Shown here piece after piece: positions 17,236-24,640 of a stretch of DNA of 64,000 bases. Numbering within the stretch: position 1 is the first letter of the stretch; every line of letters begins with the position of its first letter. Position numbers and translations under genes: made by a program. The stretch comes from a virus (taxonomy: Duplodnaviria; Caudoviricetes). The stretch is taken from the IMG/VR virus record IMGVR_UViG_3300037851_001014, positions 1-64,000 of that record. One strand, written 5' to 3'. The notes beneath the pieces were generated by a model. It saw nothing but the letters and a program-made list of their open reading frames with translations, had not been told where the DNA came from and did no database searches.

Positions 17236-18177
17236 TTACAGCAGCTCGATCGTGTAACCGTGTGCAACCCAATCGGCAACCTTTTTGGCAGCAGCACTCA
17301 CTGCCTCTGGGCTGCCGGGCTTGAAGTTCTGGAATAGTACGCCAGACTTCATGCCCGTTGGATAACACACACGGTAGGACTTGCCTTTCGGCAAGCCTGC
17401 CAGATCAACCACAGCACCGGTGCTGGTGGGCATTACGGTACTGGACCCCTTCGGCGGAGGAGGGTTGTCCCCGATGCGCCTGAAGGACTTGGCAATTTCT
17501 TGCCTGTCCTTCAGTTGCCGGACAAGAACCTCCGCGGGGTTCGCCGCGGTGGCTACCTCGATCACATTAGCCGCCATGTTGGCGGACTTTGGACCAAGGC
17601 TTACACCGAGCGCCGCTCCATCTGCCCAGGCGAACAGAGCCCTGCAGAACGCGAACGGGTTCGAGCTGTCCGCGTCTGGGTCTGTCTGATCAGACCCCGC
17701 GAAATCCCATTCTGCGTCGTAGCTCGCTTTCGCGAACTCGCCGTCGAACATGCGCAATTTCTGCACATTGCCCGACGCAGGCAGAACGTGATCCGGGATC
17801 ACGATCGTTTTACCATCAACGACGAGGTCGTTGAGGTAATCGCCACCAACCCATCCGACAAATCCGGTGCCGTGTTTAAACGTCACCTTCTTTGCCGATG
17901 TCAGGAAGATCTGGTTGCCCAGAATCCAGCTTTTAGCAATGATGCGTCGCATCGCGGCCAACGCCGAAAGCGCACCAGGCAACTCTTTGATATAGAGCTC
18001 CTGATCGCCCCAGCGATCATCGCTAATTGTCTGCCCGGGGTGGGCCAGTAGGAGGTTCCCGTAGGTTCCCTCCTCGTTCATCGCGAATGAAAGGACAAAG
18101 TCCTTAGTACCCGCGATGACATTCATGCTGAGACGAGTCCCAGCAGCAGGCGTGGTTTTGGTGGTTGAGATATCCAT
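17236..18177 (-). CDS. hypothetical early protein
   Basis: 313 aa, GC-rich codons, RBS AAGGA; no motif recognised. Confidence 0.85.
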   Translation of the reverse strand: MDISTTKTTPAAGTRLSMNVIAGTKDFVLSFAMNEEGTYGNLLLAHPGQTISDDRWGDQELYIKELPGALSALAAMRRIIAKSWILGNQIFLTSAKKVTFKHGTGFVGWVGGDYLNDLVVDGKTIVIPDHVLPASGNVQKLRMFDGEFAKASYDAEWDFAGSDQTDPDADSSNPFAFCRALFAWADGAALGVSLGPKSANMAANVIEVATAANPAEVLVRQLKDRQEIAKSFRRIGDNPPPPKGSSTVMPTSTGAVVDLAGLPKGKSYRVCYPTGMKSGVLFQNFKPGSPEAVSAAAKKVADWVAHGYTIELL

Positions 18178-18189
18178 ATATTGGTTTCC

Positions 18190-18411
18190 TTACCGACCGG
18201 GCCAGCCGAAGTTCTCCTCAGACAGCAGGAGCTCGGCTTCAAACTTGGAGAGAGCGTCCTCAAGAGACGTCCCTCCGCAGGTACAATCAGGATCGTCTGA
18301 CAGCCAGACGACCCACTCATTCAAGCCAACCTGCTTCACTGAAACAGGCTGATCCTGAATCATCAACTCCTGTACCCCCTTGGAGTTGGCGAGGGCCGGA
18401 ATCCCGGACAT
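18190..18411 (-). CDS. HicB-like antitoxin N-terminal fold protein
   Basis: WVVWLSDDPDCTCGGTSLEDALSKFEAEL resembles HicB (YvaxxPDlPGCxtxGxTxeEAl); no C-terminal DNA-binding domain. Confidence 0.5.
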   Translation of the reverse strand: MSGIPALANSKGVQELMIQDQPVSVKQVGLNEWVVWLSDDPDCTCGGTSLEDALSKFEAELLLSEENFGWPGR

Positions 18412-18413
18412 GG

Positions 18414-19670
18414 CTAGTTGTCCACGTCCGGGATGTCCTTCCCGGCCCGCGGTTGCCCGCGGTCGGTGCTGCGGCCCGCAGCGCGCAGACCCAAGGCGCG
18501 CTGCATAGCTGCGCCCATTGAGTCCGACAGGCCGCCGCGCCCGCGGGTGTGGTAGCGGATTACGGACGTAACTTTCGCGTCCTTCTCCGCCGCCCCCGCG
18601 AGCTTGCGCGCCTTCGCACAGGCTCCCCAGGCGTCGGCCAATTTCGGCCGAGCCTTTTGGCGCTGCGAATAAAATCGCAACGCCGTTACTGCCGCGACCA
18701 GCCTGCGAACAGGCAGGTCGATGCGGACCTTCTGCCCGTCGAGGAGCGTGTACTCCTCTCTCAAACCGGCAGCTCCTAGGAGCTGCCGTATCGCATCCTC
18801 GGTTGCCGAGTCATACAACTCGGCCTTTTCCGGGCCTGTTAGGTCCATCTTTGAAACGATCTTGTACCGCCCGGAGGCGGCCAAGACCGTGAAAGGAACG
18901 AGGTGCATTTCCTCGCCCTCTCTCGTTTCAAAGACAGTCCTTCCATCAAGGATCGCTGCCAGTACGCTAGCGTGGTGGTCGATCTGATCGTCCACCAGCC
19001 GCTTTGCAGCGGCGATCTTATCGGCGGCCTGCTTTTCGAGCAGGCCGGCCTGTTCGGCGACCGCGGTGCGGTCGCGCTTCAGGAGAGCAGCTACGGTCTT
19101 ATCTGACCGTGCTGCCGCGATCCAGGCTTCCCGAGCGGCAATTGCCCGCTCGAGAACCTCTAGCTTAGCCTTGGCGGCATATTTGCTCGCCAAGGCTAGC
19201 TTTTCCTTCAGGAGGGCGATTTCGCCCTCCTTCGCCTGGATCCCGGTCACCACTGCTTTTGCAGCGGCGACCTCCGCATCGCGCTCCGCCCGGCGCTTCT
19301 CCTCAGCGGCTTTCGCCGTCGAGATGAGCGCATTGATACCCTTGAGGGTATCCTCAAAGGCATCCTCGTCCTGGAAGCAGTCTATCAGGGACTGAAGTTC
19401 CGCAGTTCGTACATGGAACTGCAGAGCCTCGGCTCTGATAGTCTTGATTGAGGAGGGTTCAGGCGCAGGCGCAGGCTCGGGCTCGGGCTCGGAGTGGCGA
19501 CTGCCGTCGCCCTCCAGCAGTCCGACAGGCTTTGGGGCAGGTTTCCTGCCCCGGACAGGCTTCTGGGCGGGAGTTGCGGTCCCTTGCCCAGCGGATCTCG
19601 CGGCGTACCGCGAGTTGGCTTTCATCTTAGCCAACTCGGCCGCGATTTCCTTCGCATTTCTTCCGGACAT
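18414..19670 (-). CDS. Ala/Lys-rich coiled-coil hypothetical early protein
   Basis: 418 aa, Pro-rich linker PEPEPAPAPEP, long heptad-like helices; very GC-rich. Confidence 0.8.
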   Translation of the reverse strand: MSGRNAKEIAAELAKMKANSRYAARSAGQGTATPAQKPVRGRKPAPKPVGLLEGDGSRHSEPEPEPAPAPEPSSIKTIRAEALQFHVRTAELQSLIDCFQDEDAFEDTLKGINALISTAKAAEEKRRAERDAEVAAAKAVVTGIQAKEGEIALLKEKLALASKYAAKAKLEVLERAIAAREAWIAAARSDKTVAALLKRDRTAVAEQAGLLEKQAADKIAAAKRLVDDQIDHHASVLAAILDGRTVFETREGEEMHLVPFTVLAASGRYKIVSKMDLTGPEKAELYDSATEDAIRQLLGAAGLREEYTLLDGQKVRIDLPVRRLVAAVTALRFYSQRQKARPKLADAWGACAKARKLAGAAEKDAKVTSVIRYHTRGRGGLSDSMGAAMQRALGLRAAGRSTDRGQPRAGKDIPDVDN

Positions 19671-19679
19671 GTTTGCCTT

Positions 19680-20295
19680 TCTGGGGCCAAAGACCCCATG
19701 AGGTTGGAACTAGCAGGTAACCACCTGCCGGGGTGTATTTCCCTAACCCCCTTTGCCGACCTCGAGCTTGCGGATAACCTGATAGCCGTGCGCGGATTCT
19801 TGGGTACTGCGCCGGTTCGCTCGACCAGGTCTTTCATCCAGCTAGTGCTGGGCAATGTGCAGCATTAGACCATCGCCAGGGATTGTGTGAGCAAGCGCTC
19901 TGGGTTTGTGCGTGTCGTTCTGGTGCGCATGGTCTATGCTGCCTATCCTTCTCTCTCCGAGAGAGAGAACTGCGGCCTTGCACCGCCCTCGGGCTCTCAC
20001 CGAGACACCCCCTTGCGGGGGATGGGGAGTTGTTATTATTGGGTGACTCCTCCCACCCGTGTTGAAGACGATCTGGATCGTGGGCATCCAGGTTCGTCAG
20101 CACCCGTAAGGGTGCAGAAGCCAGCACACTGGCGTTATGTACGCCGCTTAGCGGCGATTGGTTCGCATGAGGCGTGGGAAATGGATATATTTCCCACACA
20201 CCTCACACGTCTCACCGTATATGTGAGCGTGTAAGGTGCGGGGAACACCGCACTTCCCACGCCGCAGGGCAGCCAGGTCCCGATTATGGACCTCG
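19680..20295 (-). ncRNA. candidate large structured RNA / structured leader
   Basis: At least 10 stems, including long-range GCAGCATAGACCAT/ATGGTCTAATGCTGC, CCCCC-GCAA-GGGGG and TTCTCTCTC/GAGAGAGAA. No convincing ORF between 19671 and 20147. Confidence 0.5.
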
Positions 20296-20480
20296 ACCAT
20301 TTCTGGTCGATAGTCCATCTCGGGTAAGGCCAGGACCATGTCTCTTATGGCCCAGACCTTTGTCTCTTCGACCTTGGCAGCCTGCGGCATCGCCACAGGC
20401 TTTGGCTCCTTGCGCCCAAAGCCTGTGGCGTGACGCCTCGGATAACGGTACTTCGGTTTCCCGAAGTTTCGCTTTCCCAT
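20148..20480 (-). CDS. basic hypothetical protein
   Basis: 110 aa, GAGGAG RBS, C-terminal CEVCG; its 3' half overlaps hairpins. Confidence 0.6.
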   Translation of the reverse strand: MGKRNFGKPKYRYPRRHATGFGRKEPKPVAMPQAAKVEETKVWAIRDMVLALPEMDYRPEMVEVHNRDLAALRRGKCGVPRTLHAHIYGETCEVCGKYIHFPRLMRTNRR

Positions 20481-20489
20481 GGCTCTCCT

Positions 20490-20762
20490 CTAGTACATCC
20501 ACTTGCAGAGCCTATTGCTCTGCTTGTGGGCGAGTGCGTTTTGTTGCTGCTTACGCAACGCAACGCATGCTTCGACTAGCGATTTTTCGGCCATCCCCTT
20601 CGAGAAGAGGATTTTAGCCTCTTTCTCCAGGGACAGGGCCTCTTTGTAGGACTTGTACAGTCCCCAGGGGCCCCGGTGCCGTTTTTCGGCACTGGCTGAG
20701 ATTTTGGGATTAGCCATTCGAGCTTTCGCTCTCTTGGCCTTTCCTTTCTTCTCGTTAGCCAT
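20490..20762 (-). CDS. highly basic hypothetical protein, first gene of the leftward arm
   Basis: 90 aa, Lys/Arg-rich; AAGGAG RBS. Confidence 0.7.
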   Translation of the reverse strand: MANEKKGKAKRAKARMANPKISASAEKRHRGPWGLYKSYKEALSLEKEAKILFSKGMAEKSLVEACVALRKQQQNALAHKQSNRLCKWMY

Positions 20763-21302
20763 TTCTATCTCCTTCTTTCTGGGATACCTGCCCGTAGTTG
20801 GTCTACGCCTCTCCTGGTGGTGCGAGGCGCACTGTGGCCAACAGTTGCACTCCTCTACCCAGGCGGGCAGGCTTGCCGTTCATGCAGTCAAAGACTGTGT
20901 GCTGCAGGCTTGCACGCACATGACCAGGGACAATCCACCTACTCCTATTAGTAGATTGCCCCTGGCTTCTGCCTACAAGCGAAACGGAGGCTTACTCCAG
21001 AGAACATCTAGGGGACAGCGCGCATGTTGTCCTCTATGATCTCCTCTGAGACTCGAACTCAAGTGTTCCACTCGGGCATAGCAATAAAGTGTTATGGGGG
21101 GGGAGGGGGTATGTTCACTTCTCCTCTCCACCACCCCCTTATATAGTCGTGCGAAAAATATTATGGCGAAACAGCCTGTTACCATTTGCGTCTATCCCGA
21201 AAACAGTCGTTGGGGGGTGGGTAATAATCTTTGCGGCTTGTTATTATTGAGTGTTTTGCATACTGGCAATTGTGAAAATTACCGATTGTGTCTACGGCAA
21301 TC

Positions 21303-21311
21303 TGATATACT
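21303..21311 (+). promoter_or_regulatory. extended -10 promoter for the rightward arm
   Basis: TGnTATACT about 20 nt upstream of the AGGAG RBS and the 21332 ATG. Confidence 0.5.
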
Positions 21312-21331
21312 GAAGTAGGAGACAATATACA

Positions 21332-21526
21332 ATGGCAAACATACAGAAGGTGAAGGTTCAGGTGAAAGTGGACTATGTGGAGGCCAGGTTGGTGGATGTG
21401 CTGGTCGATGGGAAGTCGATAGAGTTCGAGGGGGCGCAGTTGTACTGGAACACTGATGGGGAAATTGACTGGTTGGCTCTCCAGATACCGCGGCAGTATC
21501 TGGACATACTGGCGAGGGTGGTGTAG
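21332..21526 (+). CDS. small hypothetical beta-rich protein
   Basis: 64 aa, AGGAG RBS; resembles 21765..21968. Confidence 0.7.
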   Translation: MANIQKVKVQVKVDYVEARLVDVLVDGKSIEFEGAQLYWNTDGEIDWLALQIPRQYLDILARVV

Positions 21527-21764
21527 GAGATGGCAAATATACCTGCAAGAGCAGAGATAGCGATCTAGATTGATGAAGATGGCGAATATTGCAATGAGTT
21601 ATCCTCATGTTTCTGCACCTGAAGCAGGCTTAAGGAGCCACAATAAATCGTGTAAGTAAATACATGATATTGATTGATATTCATCGATAATTCACCATAT
21701 TTTTTGTCTAAGTATCACTTAAACAAAGCGGCACGTCTGTGCCATCCTTCCCGCAAATACTGAG

Positions 21765-21968
21765 GTGATGGAACTTGGTGGTACGGGGGTGCCGAAGATA
21801 AAGGATGTGTTAGCAGACGGCAAGAAGATCATCTGCGATGGTGTTGAGATGCGCTGGACTGCGGACTATAAAGATCACTTGTTGATACAGGTGCCTGCAA
21901 AATTTGTGCGGGTGATGTATGACATAGCAGTTCCGAAGGACGAAATAGATGGCGGCGATAGTGATTGA
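21765..21968 (+). CDS. small hypothetical protein, probable paralogue of 21332..21526
   Basis: DVLADGKKI...W..D...L.IQVP versus DVLVDGKSI...W..D...L.LQIP. Confidence 0.65.
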   Translation: MMELGGTGVPKIKDVLADGKKIICDGVEMRWTADYKDHLLIQVPAKFVRVMYDIAVPKDEIDGGDSD

Positions 21969-21986
21969 TCCATTTGATCACTTTGA

Positions 21987-22202
21987 TTGGGACGACGAAT
22001 GACGATCAGAGTGAAAGCCAGGGTGATGAAGAAGTTAACGATGTTGCTTCAGCCAGATGATGTGCTGGTGACGCATGAGACGCTTGGGCATGACATCATC
22101 GCCATAGAGAGAGACGGAAGCATCATCGGGCACTTGGATCTCGTGAAGGCGAAGGTGGTTTACCAGGATAAAACTGAAAGTTTTTGGATAGACTCGCCGT
22201 AG
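21987..22202 (+). CDS. small hypothetical protein
   Basis: 71-aa ORF. Confidence 0.55.
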   Translation: MGRRMTIRVKARVMKKLTMLLQPDDVLVTHETLGHDIIAIERDGSIIGHLDLVKAKVVYQDKTESFWIDSP

Positions 22203-22204
22203 CA

Positions 22205-22244
22205 TTGTAAAAAAATGACAGAGATGTTACAATATTGACATCTC
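22205..22244 (+). promoter_or_regulatory. sigma70-type promoter overlapped by a palindrome
   Basis: TTGTAA (22205-10), 17-nt spacer, TACAAT (22228-33). Near-perfect palindrome GAGATGT-TA-CAATATTG-ACATCTC at 22221-22244. Confidence 0.6.
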
Positions 22245-22266
22245 CTTGAATTGGGGTTTTGGGAAA

Positions 22267-22295
22267 GAACACGCCTGCTCTCCTCAGGCGTGTTC
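22267..22295. other. 11-bp stem-loop in the leader of the terminase operon
   Basis: GAACACGCCTG-CTCTCCT-CAGGCGTGTTC. Confidence 0.6.
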
Positions 22296-22340
22296 GCATT
22301 TATGGTAGAATTTTTGCAAACACACATGGAGGATGCGACA

Positions 22341-22562
22341 ATGCCAAACACAGCAAGTTTGCTAGTAGAAGGACCCGAGTGGGAAAGGTTGGTTACGATA
22401 TGGCTGGAAGAAAAGAAACCAGCCTTGATGCAGGTCGGCCATATCACCTACGAGGTAGCGACGCCGGACGGTCAGGACAGTCCGGTTTTTATTGCCAAGG
22501 GGAACGAACAAGGGATGTACAGCAGCACCAGCTTTATCTCTGGTGGGAAGGTGAGGAAATGA
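22341..22562 (+). CDS. hypothetical protein
   Basis: GGAGG RBS before MPNTASL. Confidence 0.6.
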   Translation: MPNTASLLVEGPEWERLVTIWLEEKKPALMQVGHITYEVATPDGQDSPVFIAKGNEQGMYSSTSFISGGKVRK

Positions 22563-22837
22563 ATGACGACTGTTTTGAAACTTCCCTGGAGGATATTGCG
22601 ACTGCGCTGGATGCCCGTGGTTACCCGTTTACGGTAAGGGTACAGCCATCGCCAGGGGCAAGCAAAATCACCTTGGTTTACGTGTTTGGCATGGAGGCTG
22701 TGGCTAACGATCTGGCCATGATACATTCGGGTAGAGCGGGTGAGTTGCAGGTAAGCATAGCGTCTGTGTGGGAGGCGCGAGATCGATGGCGGCGCAACCT
22801 GCAGGTTCATGGCGGTGTCCGTGAAAAAGCTAAGTAA
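22559..22837 (+). CDS. hypothetical protein upstream of TerL
   Basis: ATGA-coupled start MNDDCFE; overlaps the TerL start. Confidence 0.6.
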   Translation: MNDDCFETSLEDIATALDARGYPFTVRVQPSPGASKITLVYVFGMEAVANDLAMIHSGRAGELQVSIASVWEARDRWRRNLQVHGGVREKAK

Positions 22838-24461
22838 GGCGGAAATTGAGATTATCCAGGTTGGGCTCTCGTCGCCAGATAATCTCGATTACTTTTGCAA
22901 GTATTGGTACAACAAGGGCGGGGGAGAAGAGAGCTATTTCAAGTTCGACCGAAACTTTACGTCTGAGGGTGCGTGGCAGAATAAGTTAGTGTTCGCCAGC
23001 CAACCCCTTATTGTGGGCGTCATGGGAATTGGCAGCGGCAAGACGCTTGGAGTCGGGATGGCCGGCTTTACATGGGGGATGTCTACTGAGAATTTCCGGT
23101 TTATGAATGGGGCAAATTGGGCATACCAGAGCAAGCTGATGAAAGATCTGGTTATGGAACAAATCATTGACACACCTGCAGAGGATATGATCGAAAAAGA
23201 GGTAGATACACCATACCCAAAGATCTCCCTGGCATGGCGCATTGGTGGTGCAACCATCCGCTCGACAATGGAATTTATGAGCATGGACGGGCAAGCTGCT
23301 AAAATCTTCTCCTGGCGCGGTGATTGGATTAATCTGGACGAGGCTGCCCTGGTCAAAGACCTGGATATTGCCCTGATGAATCTCTCAACACGTCTTACCG
23401 GCAAGACTTCCAGAGGCAGAGAGTATCTGGGGCGCATGAGTCTGATGTCTAACCCTTGGGATAACGATTCCGCTTTGCATTTGTACTATTTCTACGACTT
23501 GGCGATTGACAGTCCAGGGGATTGTTTAAGCATCAGTATTCCAACAAGCGCGAACAAAAACGTCACGGATAGGCAAATCAGCAATGCATTGCGGTTCGTG
23601 CCCGAGAAAGGGGAACAAGAAAGGTTACTTGGAGGATTGAGACCGGAGGGGAAAGGGCGTTTCTTTACAAAATCTGGTATAGCGAGCTGCTCGGATCCGT
23701 ATATAAGCGAATACATTCAGATGAAATCTGAACAGAACACGCCTGGATACAGGACAATCAACGAAAGCGTGCTCGGATTGGTCGAATATGAGCTGCCGCG
23801 CACGTCAGATTACTGTTTTCTGGTTGGGGATCCGGGTTTTGGTAGCCTACCAGCACGCAACGCCCCTGTTTGCGCCGTTATTGATGCGTCCAGGCTCCCA
23901 GATGCTCCTGCAGCGGTTGTTGCCTTTTGGTGGGGGAATGGAGGAGGTTCAATCGGCCCATTTATCGAGAGATTTTACTCCTGGCAGGCAAAATATCGCC
24001 CTATTTTCAGCGGTGTGGATAGTACGGGGCCTCAATCCGGTATGGTTCAGGTGCTTAATATTCAGAGATTCTGGGATAGTGGTAACATGGAGAACATGCG
24101 AGCGTTTGGGGCAGATAAAATGATGCCTATAATTGGTCTGGATTTCTCTACAGGACGCAAAATGAGCATGCTTTTGAGCCTCAAGAACATGATAGAGCTG
24201 GGTTTGATCGTCTGGCCGTCAAGCGCGAAGGGCATTCGAACCCAGCTACAAAGCTATGATCCCCTGCTGGACAGGGGAGGAGAGCCGAAAATTGCGCAAG
24301 ATATTGTGGCTTGTCTCTCAATGGGTGCGTTTGTTATCCGTGCATACTACAACCTGGCTTTCGAGGTTGAGCGGAAAGACAGCGAAGCGATTGCAGCAGA
24401 CCTCGGTGAAGTTTTACGCAATATCCGAACGCCTCAAGACACCCGATCTTACAGATCTTGA
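22809..24461 (+). CDS. terL: terminase large subunit
   Basis: Walker A GIGSGKT, Walker B WINLDEAA, MSNP coupling motif, RNase H-like LVGDPG / VDSTG / DIVACL; directly upstream of the portal. Confidence 0.92.
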   Translation: MAVSVKKLSKAEIEIIQVGLSSPDNLDYFCKYWYNKGGGEESYFKFDRNFTSEGAWQNKLVFASQPLIVGVMGIGSGKTLGVGMAGFTWGMSTENFRFMNGANWAYQSKLMKDLVMEQIIDTPAEDMIEKEVDTPYPKISLAWRIGGATIRSTMEFMSMDGQAAKIFSWRGDWINLDEAALVKDLDIALMNLSTRLTGKTSRGREYLGRMSLMSNPWDNDSALHLYYFYDLAIDSPGDCLSISIPTSANKNVTDRQISNALRFVPEKGEQERLLGGLRPEGKGRFFTKSGIASCSDPYISEYIQMKSEQNTPGYRTINESVLGLVEYELPRTSDYCFLVGDPGFGSLPARNAPVCAVIDASRLPDAPAAVVAFWWGNGGGSIGPFIERFYSWQAKYRPIFSGVDSTGPQSGMVQVLNIQRFWDSGNMENMRAFGADKMMPIIGLDFSTGRKMSMLLSLKNMIELGLIVWPSSAKGIRTQLQSYDPLLDRGGEPKIAQDIVACLSMGAFVIRAYYNLAFEVERKDSEAIAADLGEVLRNIRTPQDTRSYRS

Positions 24462-24533
24462 GCCTCCGGACACTTCGCGGAGCTTCAGAGGGGGAGATTC
24501 CACGCGTCCTGATAGAGGTTATCGTCTTTAGTA

Positions 24534-24561
24534 TTGACATATTCGTAACTAATCGTACAAT
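24534..24561 (+). promoter_or_regulatory. sigma70-type promoter upstream of the portal
   Basis: TTGACA (24534-39), 16-nt spacer, TACAAT (24556-61). Confidence 0.7.
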
Positions 24562-24604
24562 AGCTTTACACACACCTTACACACCTAAAAACACCATCTT
24601 AGAC

Positions 24605-24640
24605 AAAGCACACACGCCCATGCGGATGGTGCTTTTTGTT
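24605..24640 (+). terminator. terminator/attenuator-like hairpin just before the portal start
   Basis: AAAGCAC...CGC-CCAT-GCG...GTGCTTT followed by TTGTT. Confidence 0.4.

Noticed and set aside
20040-20105. Hammerhead ribozyme (CUGACGA on the - strand followed by a stem)
   Set aside because: No GAAA after stem II and no stem III/UH site; the GACGA instead pairs with TCGTC as an ordinary hairpin.
20225-20265. Group II intron domain V
   Set aside because: Stem geometry is loosely similar, but the AGC/CGC triad register, the AC bulge, domain VI and an RT gene are missing.
21038-21082. tRNA gene or attP (- strand TGCCCGAGTGG plus TTGAG-TTCGAGT-CTCAG T-arm-like element)
   Set aside because: No anticodon arm, no complementary 5' acceptor strand and no CCA; no integrase in the window. 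At most a tRNA-like fragment.
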